A DNA stretch of 64,000 nt from Actinomycetota bacterium (GTDB lineage: Bacteria > Actinomycetota > Acidimicrobiia > Acidimicrobiales > JAMCPL01), in NCBI GenBank assembly GCA_023379675.1, contig JAMCPL010000010.1:51021-115020 (forward strand), in the 5' to 3' direction. Positions 36,545 through 45,894 of the stretch are shown here, in pieces. The notes under the pieces are model-generated. The model saw only the letters and a list, made by a program, of their open reading frames with translations, was not told where the DNA came from and did no database searches. The translations under genes and the position numbers were made by a program. The number at the start of each line of letters is the position of its first letter. Positions within the stretch are counted from its first letter, which is position 1.

Positions 36545-37281
36545 CATCGGGCCGACTTTTATTGCGCGGCGACCTGAGTGAGGCCAGCGGGTACAGGGTG
36601 ATCAGCGAATCCTTGGCGCGAGGTCTATCTTTTACTGCCGTGTTTGCCGCCAACGACTTAATGGCCATAGGAGCCATGTCGGCACTGAGGAATGCAGGTT
36701 CGGTCGTGCCCGAGGACGTGTCTGTCGCCGGATTCGACGATATCACTATTGCAGCCTACGTGTCTCCAGGCCTAACTACGATTCACCAGCCAGTGGATCT
36801 CATGGGGGCTGTTGCAGCTGAAGTCGCTATAGCCGAGCTGGAAGGCAGGTACCGGCGTAGCTCTGCCGGTTCGCGTAGGCGGTCGGTTGCCAGCGGAGAG
36901 GAGAGCGCAACGCGCGAGCAGAGTATGCGAGCGCCGGTTTCGGTGGCCGGTAAGGCACCTAAGGGTGCCGGTCGATCTGATGCCATGTATCGAGATCGTA
37001 GGCCGAGCAGGCTATCGTCAGTGGAGCCTGGCGGTGATCTTTCCAGTAATCAGCTGCAATCTATACTGTCCAGGGGTCTGGCATATGAATCCTGGCTTGA
37101 TGGACGTAGGGTTATCACGTTCAACGGATCGCTTGTCGTACGTGGTTCCACCTCGGCTGCCAATACCAGGAGAGCGTTGCCTAGAACTGCCGGGGTCGCT
37201 CCTGGAATAGCGAGCAGTGTTCAGGGTCTCCACCGCCAGTATCGGGGCGAGAGACGTCCTGTTGCAGGAGCCGTAGATTGA
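36520..37281 (+). pseudogene. 5'-truncated LacI-family regulator remnant (no HTH and no first half of the sugar-binding domain)
   Basis: GDLSEASGYRV..FTAVFAANDLMAIGAMSALRNAGSVVPEDVSVAGFDDITIAAYVSPGLTTIHQP matches only the C-terminal subdomain of LacI/GalR proteins. The LacI-like end LVVRGSTS is present. The ORF begins inside the xylB 3' end. Confidence 0.6.
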
Positions 37282-38273
37282 AGCCAATTGTAGTGCTTGG
37301 CAGCATCAACCAGGACATGATAATACGGGTACCTGACTTACCTATGCCTGGTGAAACTGTTCTGGGCAGATCGCTGGAGATCCGGCCAGGCGGCAAAGGA
37401 GCCAACCAGGCGGTGGCGGCATCCCTGCTCGGTGGCCGGGTGTTCCTTACCGGCATGGTCGGCGATGATGGTGCGGGCAATCAGATGATCACCCAGATAG
37501 CGAGTAGGGGTGTAGATATATCCATGGTTACTGTGGCTTCCGGCAGGCTTACGGGGATTGCAACAATACTTGTCGATGATCATGGTGAGAATATGATAGC
37601 GGTCGCCCCTGGCGCGAACAGTGAGGTCGGTACCGGCCATATCAAGCTGGCTGCCGACATACTGGCACTGGAAGGGGGTGTGGCGGTTGCGCAAATGGAA
37701 GTGCCCGAAAAGACCGTAACAGCTGCAGTGCACGAGTTTCGTGAGATGGATGGCGTTGTAACCATGCTCAATCCATCCCCTGTCTCTGGCGTGTCGCCGG
37801 AGGCATTGAATGGCGTGGATATTATCGTGGTGAATGAAGTGGAAGCAGGACAGCTTGCCCGGAGTGCGAGGATGGTCGAGTCATATTCACAGGCACTCGA
37901 TGCCGCAGCAGTTGTCGCATCCTATGGCATCAGGACAGTCATCGTTACGCTTGGTCGGCTGGGTGCGGTGATGTACGACGATGGAGACACCATTGCGGTC
38001 GAGCCGCCACCAGTGGAAGCTGTGGATACCACGGGGGCGGGTGACGCTTTCATGGGGGCGCTTTCCGTTGGTGTGTCGAGCGGGTGGACCATGGAGAGGT
38101 CGTTCGATTTTGCCGTCCGTGCGAGCGCCATAGCCACTACGCGGCCAGGCACGCAGGACGCACTGCCATCGATTCACGATATCATGGATGTAGAGGCAGA
38201 GTTGCCGGTGATATCCAGGCATTCAAGCTCCATCAGGCTATCAGGAGAGGAAGTGGGTGGAAATGGCGACTGA
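37278..38273 (+). CDS. rbsK: Ribokinase (PfkB family)
   Basis: VVLGSINQDMI, PGGKGANQAVAA and DTTGAGDAFMGAL are present. Confidence 0.9.
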   Translation: MKPIVVLGSINQDMIIRVPDLPMPGETVLGRSLEIRPGGKGANQAVAASLLGGRVFLTGMVGDDGAGNQMITQIASRGVDISMVTVASGRLTGIATILVDDHGENMIAVAPGANSEVGTGHIKLAADILALEGGVAVAQMEVPEKTVTAAVHEFREMDGVVTMLNPSPVSGVSPEALNGVDIIVVNEVEAGQLARSARMVESYSQALDAAAVVASYGIRTVIVTLGRLGAVMYDDGDTIAVEPPPVEAVDTTGAGDAFMGALSVGVSSGWTMERSFDFAVRASAIATTRPGTQDALPSIHDIMDVEAELPVISRHSSSIRLSGEEVGGNGD

Positions 38274-38931
38274 CCGAGATATTGCGGTGCAACTATCCCA
38301 GACACCGGCGGAAGTCGCAGGCAGGAAAGCTCCAGGCCATCAGGGAACTGCACCGCTGCTGTCGGTGGAACATCTCGTAAAAAATTTCGGTCCAGTTCGT
38401 GCGGTGGATGGCGTAAGCCTGGATTTCTACGAGGGCGAGGTACTCGGTCTGGTGGGGGATAATGGAGCCGGTAAATCCACGCTGTTGTCACTCCTGACGG
38501 GATATAACCATGCGGACAGCGGTGTTTTCCGGTACCGCGGGAAGCTGGTTACCCACACCTCGCCTTCGACGTCCCGCAAATCCCTGAAGATTGAAATGAT
38601 CTACCAGCATTTGGACCTGGCCCCGGACCTTACTGTCTGGCAGAACCTCTTCCTCGCTGAGGAGAAGAGGAGATTCAAGGTACTGCTGGACAAGCGGTCC
38701 ATGAGACATCGTGCGGCTCAGGTGCTTGAAGAGTTGGCATCCAAGATAAGGCCGGACGATCTTGTGGGCGCCCTTTCCGGCGGTGAGCAGCAGGTAGTGG
38801 CCATTGCACGTGCTCTACTGTTTGGATCATTCCGACGATGTCTTGGAGGATATGATCGTCACCAATATAGCCGGAACGCTCTGGCCGGTGCGGGCCGCGG
38901 TGCGGCATTTTACCGGGCATGGCGGGGGTGA
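38257..38931 (+). pseudogene. 3'-truncated sugar ABC transporter ATP-binding gene (RbsA-like N-terminal half)
   Basis: Walker A GDNGAGKST, the Q-loop and the signature LSGGEQQVVAIARALLFG are present. Homology then stops: there is no Walker B/DEPT, and the rest of the ORF looks like noise. Confidence 0.6.
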
Positions 38932-39253
38932 CATAGTCATCGTTGCGTCAGTGGCAGGCCTGCGTGGCGGCGGCAATGAGGCTGTGTATGCCTCCACGAA
39001 ATTCGCTCAGGTCGGCTTGGCCGGTTCGCTTGACAGGGAGTTACGCGAAAATGGAATACGAGTAAGCGCGATCTGCCCGGCAGGTGTAACTACTGAGTTT
39101 GCACTCGGCCTTGGTCGAACTGCTGGAGATCCGTCCCTGGACGAATTACTGCGACCGGAAGACGTTGCTCACGCGATCGTAACGGTGCTGGAACAGCCCA
39201 GGTGCCTGCGCACGACCCTCTGGACCATGTGGTCCATGACCGAGCAAAGTTAG
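38804..39253 (+). pseudogene. 5'-truncated short-chain dehydrogenase remnant (C-terminal ~140 aa only)
   Basis: LDHSDDVLEDMIVTNIAGTLW, the VASVAG motif and the catalytic YASTKFA (YxxxK) are present. There is no N-terminal TGxxxGIG Rossmann motif. The frame begins at the point where ABC homology ends. Confidence 0.6.
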
Positions 39254-39280
39254 CTCCTTGGCAAAGTGCTGGTAACGGAA

Positions 39281-40123
39281 TCAGGCGGCCCGGTATGCCT
39301 CGGCCAGGGCAGGCAAGGTAGCTAAAGACTGCAGAGCTCTGGCTTCGAGCGCCCTCACGCGGCGGACTCCCATGCCCAGTTCACGTGCGCACTTTTGTAG
39401 TGATGCAGGCTTTCCTCCATCAAGTGCAAATCGCAGGGTGATCACGCGCTGTTCAAGATCAGGGAGATTCTTGACTGCTTTCTTTATCTCATCGCACAAG
39501 ATTTGCATCTCTACACTTTCTTCGAAATCGCTCGACTCCTTATCTTTCAAGAGATCGCCTATAGTGGTGCCGGTGTCCTCGCCGGTAGGCTGATCGAGGC
39601 TTGCAACCACTTTGGCCAAGCTGGTGAAGCGGCTGACTTGCTCGACGCTCTGGCCGGTTTCCAGGGCCAGGTAGTCCACGGAGGGCTTTTCCTGGCCACC
39701 TGCAGTAAGATCCCAAGATGCCCTCTCGATCCTGTGCGCCTGCTCTGCCACCTCCATAGGAAGGCGGATGGCGTTTGCCTGGCTTTGTATCGCCCGTTGC
39801 AAGGACTGGCGGATCCACCAGCTGGCATAAGTGGAAAATTTGAATCCTCGCATGAAGTCGAATTTTTCTACGGCTCTCATCAGGCCAAAAGTGCCTTCTT
39901 GAATAAGATCTGCCAGCTCCACGCCCCGGTTCTGATACCTTCGTGCCCAGTGGATCACCAGCCTGATATTTGCCTCGACCATTTTGGTACGTGCATCTTC
40001 ATCACCAAGTGTCACCCTACGAGCTAACTCGGTTTGCTCTGCAGCACTTGGCATTGGGTGGCGGTCAAGAGTTTCCAGGAAAGTGTGCAGGGTATCTACT
40101 GTTCCCGTATGCTGTGTATTCAT
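39281..40123 (-). CDS. RNA polymerase sigma-70 family factor (group 2-like, no region 1.1)
   Basis: [46 protein letters not shown] (region 2) and a region 4 HTH ([23 protein letters not shown]) are present. Confidence 0.9.
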   Translation of the reverse strand: MNTQHTGTVDTLHTFLETLDRHPMPSAAEQTELARRVTLGDEDARTKMVEANIRLVIHWARRYQNRGVELADLIQEGTFGLMRAVEKFDFMRGFKFSTYASWWIRQSLQRAIQSQANAIRLPMEVAEQAHRIERASWDLTAGGQEKPSVDYLALETGQSVEQVSRFTSLAKVVASLDQPTGEDTGTTIGDLLKDKESSDFEESVEMQILCDEIKKAVKNLPDLEQRVITLRFALDGGKPASLQKCARELGMGVRRVRALEARALQSLATLPALAEAYRAA

Positions 40124-40266
40124 CTTTTATGTAACTGTCTCCTCGCTATTGCGGCTCACTGGACGTACTCCTATCCAGGGCCCTTGTGCCGTTCCTATAT
40201 CTATACAACGCCGGAATGCCTGCAGTAATTCCCGCTGGAGGCGTGTTGCATTGCTATAGTGGAGTC

Positions 40267-40845
40267 ATGATGCGGAAACACGTGACAATCGATAATCTTT
40301 CTGGTAAGGAGAGCATGGAGTCAGGAGGGAGGCCGGATCGCGGCCCAGGCATGCTCGAGACCGGTTCGGTCCTAGGCGGCGCTAGCGGTAGCGCTGCGAG
40401 TAGCGACACAGGCGGCGGCGGTGATGATCAGCCACCTGCCACAGAGACGGTAGGCCAGCCTGCCAAGGTCATGAGGATCGGGATGATGGTCAGGCAGTTG
40501 CTGGAAGAGGTACGCCAGGCACCGCTCGACGAAGCCAGCAGGGTGCGGATGAAGGAGATATATGAGACCTCTGTCGCTGAGCTGGCTGGAGCTCTGAGTC
40601 CCGAGCTCTCCGAGGAACTTGATCGCCTGTCCATACCTTTCGAGGGGACCGCACCCTCGGAGGCTGAGCTTCGGGTGGCTCAGGCTCAGCTTGTGGGGTG
40701 GCTGGAAGGGCTCTTTCATGGCATCCAGGCCACGCTGGTAGCCCAGCAGATGGCCGCCAGGGCTCAGCTGGAGGAGATGCGGAGCCGGGAGCTGCCCTCT
40801 GGCATGCAGGACACCGTTGCGCATAGACCGGGCACCTATCTCTGA
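40267..40845 (+). CDS. bpa: Bacterial proteasome activator Bpa/PafE-like (DUF2587)
   Basis: AKVMRIGMMVRQLLEEVR..LDEASR.R..EIYETS..EL...LSPEL..EL..L.....PSEAELR.AQAQLVGWLEGLFHGIQ with a C-terminal ..PGTYL* (compare the GQYL 20S-docking motif). The start is uncertain (ORF track 40186). Confidence 0.75.
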   Translation: MMRKHVTIDNLSGKESMESGGRPDRGPGMLETGSVLGGASGSAASSDTGGGGDDQPPATETVGQPAKVMRIGMMVRQLLEEVRQAPLDEASRVRMKEIYETSVAELAGALSPELSEELDRLSIPFEGTAPSEAELRVAQAQLVGWLEGLFHGIQATLVAQQMAARAQLEEMRSRELPSGMQDTVAHRPGTYL

Positions 40846-40896
40846 TCTTTCGCTATCTCTGATCTTTCGCTATCTCTGACCTTTCCCTATCTCGAG
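40837..40896 (+). repeat. 17-nt tandem repeat x3.5 (TATCTCTGATCTTTCGC) beginning inside the last bpa codons
   Basis: Units lie at 40837-40853, 40854-40870 and 40871-40887 (2 mismatches), with a partial unit at 40888-40896. The first unit contains TAT CTC TGA, which encodes Y-L-stop of bpa. Confidence 0.9.
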
Positions 40897-40938
40897 TCGT
40901 AATTCATCGTCTGCGGACTTGAACCCGTACGCGAGGCC

Positions 40939-41047
40939 ACACGATCTGTTTTGTAGCTTCAAGAGCCATTGCGCCGGTGAAATTGTTTGATGAGGTGGGT
41001 CGCATATACTACACGATCCGTTTTGTAGCTTCAAGAGCCATTGCGCC
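40939..41047. repeat. Repeat-spacer-repeat unit 1: 37-nt direct repeat x2 (1 mismatch) with a 35-nt spacer
   Basis: ACACGATC[T/C]GTTTTGTAGCTTCAAGAGCCATTGCGCC occurs at 40939-40975 and 41011-41047. The spacer is GGTGAAATTGTTTGATGAGGTGGGTCGCATATACT. Confidence 0.9.
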
Positions 41048-41188
41048 AGGTGCATCGTGTCGCTTGACGACCGAGGATGCGTCGGGACGTGGGTTGTGCT
41101 AATGATTGTAACCATAGGCCGCGACCACCGGCGAACCGGCTCCGTGGTCTGCATGGCGCACCACTACTAGTGATAGAGGAGGTCCATA

Positions 41189-44100
41189 TTGAGCGGTACG
41201 AAGTCATTTGTGCACTTGCATACTCATACTGAATTTTCCATGCTGGACGGCGCGTCCAGGATCGATGATCTCATTGATGCATGCTTGGCGGACCGCCAGC
41301 CGGCAATCGCCATCACTGATCATGGGAACCTGTACGGGGTTCTCGACTTTTATGAAGCATGCAGGAATAAAGGCATAAAGCCGATCATCGGCCTGGAGGC
41401 ATACATGGCCGCTGAATCCCGCTTCGAGCGGCCTGTTGCCAGAGGTAGGCTGGACGATGACATGGGTGGGGAATCGGAGAAGGGTTCCAAGGTCTACTAC
41501 CACCTCATAGTATTGGCGGAGACATCCGCCGGCTACAAAAATCTCATGAAGATAGCCTCCTATGGTTCCGTGGACGGTGGTTACTACTATAAGCCCCGGA
41601 TCGATTGGGAAATACTGGAGACATTCCACGAAGGCCTGAACGTCACTACGGCGTGCCTGGGAGGGCTCGTGCCACAGGCGCTGATTGCGGAAGATACCCA
41701 GAGGGCCGAGAAGCTGGCAGGCCGTTTACAGGACATCTTCGGGAAAGATCACTTTTTTGTCGAGATACAGGACCATGGGATTGCCGATCAGCGCCGTATC
41801 TTGCCTGCCCTGGTCAAGCTTGCCCGCAAACTGGATGCTCCGCTTGTCGCTACCAATGATAGCCACTACATACATAGGGAAGACGCGTTGGCTCATGATG
41901 CCCTGCTCTGCATACAGACGCGCAAACCCAAGGACGATCCAAGCCGGCTCAAGTTCGAAGGCACCGAGCATTACCTGAAAACGAACCAAGAGATGCGTGA
42001 CGTTTTCCGGGAATTTCCTGATGCATGCGACAATACCATCGAGATCGCCGAACGCACTCATGTGGAGATCGACTTCGGTTATGACGCGCTGCCGGAGTAT
42101 CCTCTCCCCTCGCATATTACCGTCTCCATGCCGGGTGCCTCGTACAAGGAGCGTGGCGATGCATATTTGAAACAGGTCGCTTACGAGGGCGCGGAGAAAC
42201 GGTACGGCTCACCGCTGGAGGAACATGTGAATCAGCGGATTTCTTATGAATTGTCAGTGATCTCGCAGATGGGGTTTTCCTCGTATTTCTTGATTGTGGC
42301 GGACCTGGTGGATCATGCCAAGAAGTCCGGCATCAGGGTAGGTCCGGGCCGTGGGTCGGCGGCGGGGTGCTGCGTGGCATATTGCCTTGGGATAGTGGAA
42401 CTGGATCCCATTCGCTACGATCTTCTGTTCGAGCGGTTTCTCAACCCTGGGCGCAAGCAGATGCCCGATATCGATATGGATTTTGACGAGCGCTACCGTG
42501 GCGAGATGATCAATTATGCCGCCAGGCGTTACGGAGAGGACCATGTTGCCCAGATCATTACGTTTTCCACCATAAAGGCCAGGGCTGCGGTGAGGGACGC
42601 TGCAAGGGTGCTTGGCTATCCATATGTGGTGGGCGACAAGATCGCAAAGGCGATGCCTCCTCTGGTCATGGGCCGCGATACGCCACTGAAGGCCTGTTTC
42701 GAAAATGTGCCGGGTCATGAGGACGGGTACAGGGTTGCGGGCGATCTACGAGAGATGTACGAGACGGACGAGGATGTAAAGCAGGTGGTGGATGTCGCAC
42801 GCGGGCTGGAGGGATTGCGTCGCCAGGACAGCATACATGCAGCGGCGGTGGTGATCACCCGTGAGTCGCTTATGGAATATCTTCCCGTACAGCGCAAGCC
42901 TGAGCAGGGAAGGGACTTGTCTGAAGCTCCTTTGGTTACGCAGTACGAGATGCACGGGGTGGAGAAATTAGGGCTCTTGAAGATGGACTTTCTGGGTCTG
43001 CGCAATCTTTCCGTGATAACGCGTGCCATTGAAATCATTGAACAGTCCACAGGAGAAGAAGTCGACATCGACAAGGTGCCATTGGATGACACCGAGGTCT
43101 ATTCCATGCTATGCAAGGGAAACTCTATAGGTATATTCCAGCTGGAAGGCAGCCAGATGCGTAGCTTGATGAGGTCGCTGCAGCCTACCTGTTTCGACGA
43201 CATCGCGGCCCTGGTGGCTCTTTACAGGCCTGGCCCGATGGCAGCCAATATGCATCGTGACTATGCAGACAGGAAAAATGGTCGTGCTCCGATCACGTAC
43301 CTACATGATGACCTCGAACCAATATTGAAAGATACTTACGGCTTGATGATCTATCAGGAGTCGGTGATGAGGGTGGCACAGCGTTTTGCCGGCTACAGCC
43401 TCGAGGAGGCGGACAATCTGCGCAAGGCATGTGGCAAGAAAGATCGTGACCTGATTGCCAAGGAACGAGATAAGTTTGTCTCGGGATGTGTGGAGAGCGG
43501 GTACGGGGAAAAGCTTGGCACCCAGTTGTTCGACATCATAGAGCCATTTGCCGATTATGCATTCAACAAGTCCCACTCGTATGGCTACGGGCTTATAGCG
43601 TATCAGAATGCCTGGTTGAAGGTGCATTACCCGGTGGAGTACATGTGTGCCCTGCTGTCATCGGTGAGAGACGATAAGGATAAGACCGCCGTTTACCTGT
43701 CGGAGTGCAAGTCCATGAATATCGAGGTACTGGTGCCCGATGTCAATCGGTCTCAGGTGGACTTCACCCCGCTGCATCAGGGAGGGGAGGACTGCATACT
43801 CTTTGGATTGGCGGCCGTACGCAACGTAGGTACCTCTATTGTAGAGAAGATCATCGAGACGCGTGATCAAGGCGGTGCATTCCAGGATTTCCATGACTTC
43901 TGCACGAGGGTGCCGCAGGCTGTGTTGGGACAGAAGCCGCTGCAGTCGTTGATCCTCGCGGGTGCTTTCGATTCACTTGGGCATAAGAGAAAGGGCTTGC
44001 TCGACAGTGCAGAGGCCATCTCCAGGCAGGTACAGTTAAGGCGGAAGGAAGAGGAAGCGGGAGTGATGACCCTCTTTACGATGTTGGAGGAGAACGGGGC

Positions 44101-44800
44101 GGGGGGAGGTGGCGCGCATGAACCTAAGTCGATGGAGATACCGGATGTCGAGATGGGGATCAGTGAAAAGCTGGCTCGCGAGAAGGAGATGCTTGGACTT
44201 TACGTGAGCGGGCATCCGCTGGATGGTTTCGAGAGAGCGGTAAGGGCGGCGGCCGGCATGAGTATAGCCGATCTGATCCTTCCCATCCTGACCGGTGATG
44301 AGGACCTCGCGCAGGCACGCGAAGGCATAACGGTCACATTGTGTGGTGTTGTTACCTCCACGAAACCCAGACGTACCAAGAAAGGCGATCCGATGATGAC
44401 CTTTATCCTTGATGACACCACCGCCTCCATAGAGGTGACGGCTTTCTCCAAGGCGCTGGAGACATCACAGATTGATGTGGTGGATGACAGGATACTGCTG
44501 GTCAAGGGTCGGCTGGATACTCGTGATGATGAGCCGAAAGTGATTGCGATCTCGTTGTCGGATCCACAGTTGCGTCCCGCCGATCGTGATCTGCACATAA
44601 GCATTCCAGGTGAACTTTTGGATCGTTCCAGGGTTGAACAACTGCAGAAGCTGTTGGCTGGTTATCCTGGAGAAGAGAGGGTGGTGGTTACCGCTGGCGA
44701 GAGGACGTTCAGATTGCCGCCATCGGTCAAGGTCGATTCCAGGAGAGGTCTGCTGGCTGAGCTCAGAGAACTGTTCGGCGATTCGATAAAGGTGGCCTAA
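41189..44800 (+). CDS. dnaE: DNA polymerase III alpha subunit
   Basis: PHP domain FVHLHTHTEFSMLDGA with GLLKMDFLGLRNL, FNKSHSYGYG and an OB-fold C-terminus. The TTG start is preceded by GGAGG. Length is 1203 aa. Confidence 0.95.
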   Translation: MSGTKSFVHLHTHTEFSMLDGASRIDDLIDACLADRQPAIAITDHGNLYGVLDFYEACRNKGIKPIIGLEAYMAAESRFERPVARGRLDDDMGGESEKGSKVYYHLIVLAETSAGYKNLMKIASYGSVDGGYYYKPRIDWEILETFHEGLNVTTACLGGLVPQALIAEDTQRAEKLAGRLQDIFGKDHFFVEIQDHGIADQRRILPALVKLARKLDAPLVATNDSHYIHREDALAHDALLCIQTRKPKDDPSRLKFEGTEHYLKTNQEMRDVFREFPDACDNTIEIAERTHVEIDFGYDALPEYPLPSHITVSMPGASYKERGDAYLKQVAYEGAEKRYGSPLEEHVNQRISYELSVISQMGFSSYFLIVADLVDHAKKSGIRVGPGRGSAAGCCVAYCLGIVELDPIRYDLLFERFLNPGRKQMPDIDMDFDERYRGEMINYAARRYGEDHVAQIITFSTIKARAAVRDAARVLGYPYVVGDKIAKAMPPLVMGRDTPLKACFENVPGHEDGYRVAGDLREMYETDEDVKQVVDVARGLEGLRRQDSIHAAAVVITRESLMEYLPVQRKPEQGRDLSEAPLVTQYEMHGVEKLGLLKMDFLGLRNLSVITRAIEIIEQSTGEEVDIDKVPLDDTEVYSMLCKGNSIGIFQLEGSQMRSLMRSLQPTCFDDIAALVALYRPGPMAANMHRDYADRKNGRAPITYLHDDLEPILKDTYGLMIYQESVMRVAQRFAGYSLEEADNLRKACGKKDRDLIAKERDKFVSGCVESGYGEKLGTQLFDIIEPFADYAFNKSHSYGYGLIAYQNAWLKVHYPVEYMCALLSSVRDDKDKTAVYLSECKSMNIEVLVPDVNRSQVDFTPLHQGGEDCILFGLAAVRNVGTSIVEKIIETRDQGGAFQDFHDFCTRVPQAVLGQKPLQSLILAGAFDSLGHKRKGLLDSAEAISRQVQLRRKEEEAGVMTLFTMLEENGAGGGGAHEPKSMEIPDVEMGISEKLAREKEMLGLYVSGHPLDGFERAVRAAAGMSIADLILPILTGDEDLAQAREGITVTLCGVVTSTKPRRTKKGDPMMTFILDDTTASIEVTAFSKALETSQIDVVDDRILLVKGRLDTRDDEPKVIAISLSDPQLRPADRDLHISIPGELLDRSRVEQLQKLLAGYPGEERVVVTAGERTFRLPPSVKVDSRRGLLAELRELFGDSIKVA

Positions 44801-44830
44801 CCGTGTGCCGGTTCAGGTCGAATGTGCCAG

Positions 44831-44855
44831 CCGGATGCCGTCCATGGGCATCCGG
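44831..44855 (+). terminator. 9-bp GC-rich hairpin downstream of dnaE (CCGGATGCC-N7-GGCATCCGG)
   Basis: It is a perfect inverted repeat 31 nt after the dnaE stop. It has no U-tract, as in I-shaped actinobacterial terminators. Confidence 0.4.
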
Positions 44856-44983
44856 TGCGGCTGGGGGCGTGGACCCGTGCGCCGGGTTCTGCCGTCCGGC
44901 GCAGGTCAGGACCGATGGAGTACGCAAGCTGGACGGGTGACTTGGTTCTGGGTACCAGAGGCGTGATAAGCTGTTAGTGGAGA

Positions 44984-45682
44984 GTGGTTATGGGATTTGA
45001 AGTTGACACAAGAGATTGTTCCATCCTGAGTGATTCCGAGTTCGAGGCCATGGCTGAGCTGGCAGGTGGAAGAGCTGGATTGTTCGATATAGGGTTTCTT
45101 TCTAAGCAGAGGGACGAGTGGGTGCTGGTCTGTACGGTGAAGGAAGGCTCGAAGTTGAGGGCTTATTCCTTTTTCACCCTCGAAAGGATTGGTGGTACAC
45201 CAGCAGTGCTGATCGGTGTGGCCGATAGCGACGGAACCGGGAAGTCTGCAAAGGCGGTGGATCTGCTGCTGGCGGAGCACTTCAGAAAGGCGGTACTGGC
45301 CTTTCCCGACGAAGACGTGCTGGTGTGCGGGATGGCGATCTTTCCTGCCGTATACTCGGTGTTCGGCGGTCTGAACGATGTCGTTCCAAGACCTGGATAC
45401 AAGCCGACTGGCGAGGAAAGAGCGTGGGCTAGGCGTATTGCAAGACGGTTCAGCGCCGATGGCCAGATAGATGACAGGAACTTCGTGTTGAACTGCGGTG
45501 GTCGGCCCACTACGGGTGTGCTCAATCTGGGGAAGAGCCGTACAGGCGAGGAACCGGACCATGACATCATGTCGCTTTTTGGAGGGATAGATCATGCTTC
45601 TGGCGATAGGATTGTGGTGTGCGGGTGGGCCATGGCGGAAGATCTCGCATCGGGGGCGTTGCTCAAGAGGCCAAGCGGGTAG
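44984..45682 (+). CDS. Hypothetical protein (232 aa)
   Basis: Long ORF with a GGAGAG-like purine tract upstream. No family was recognised. An equally long antisense ORF (44906..45595) makes the strand less certain. Confidence 0.45.
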   Translation: MVMGFEVDTRDCSILSDSEFEAMAELAGGRAGLFDIGFLSKQRDEWVLVCTVKEGSKLRAYSFFTLERIGGTPAVLIGVADSDGTGKSAKAVDLLLAEHFRKAVLAFPDEDVLVCGMAIFPAVYSVFGGLNDVVPRPGYKPTGEERAWARRIARRFSADGQIDDRNFVLNCGGRPTTGVLNLGKSRTGEEPDHDIMSLFGGIDHASGDRIVVCGWAMAEDLASGALLKRPSG

Positions 45683-45696
45683 TCACGCTCTAAGCC

Positions 45697-45805
45697 GTCG
45701 TGCCAGTGTGTGTTTCCACGGGTGCCAGAAGCCTGCGTTCCTGAGGTTGCTCTGTTCACCGAATCGGTGTCGTGCCAGTGTGTGTTTCCACGGGTGCCAG
45801 AAGCC
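45697..45805. repeat. Repeat-spacer-repeat unit 2: perfect 37-nt direct repeat x2 with a 35-nt spacer
   Basis: GTCGTGCCAGTGTGTGTTTCCACGGGTGCCAGAAGCC occurs at 45697-45733 and 45769-45805. The spacer is TGCGTTCCTGAGGTTGCTCTGTTCACCGAATCGGT. Confidence 0.92.
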
Positions 45806-45894
45806 CCAGGAATGTGCAGGCAAGCTGTTGCAGGAGTGGTGTACCGGTGGGTTGGATTGTACAGCGAGGCATCAGGCGCGTCACAGTATCCTGT

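Noticed and set aside
44906-45595. 229-aa minus-strand ORF opposite the 232-aa hypothetical gene.
   Set aside because: Its composition is less protein-like (His/Arg/Ser/Cys-rich) than the plus-strand ORF, but neither has a recognised family, so the strand choice remains tentative.
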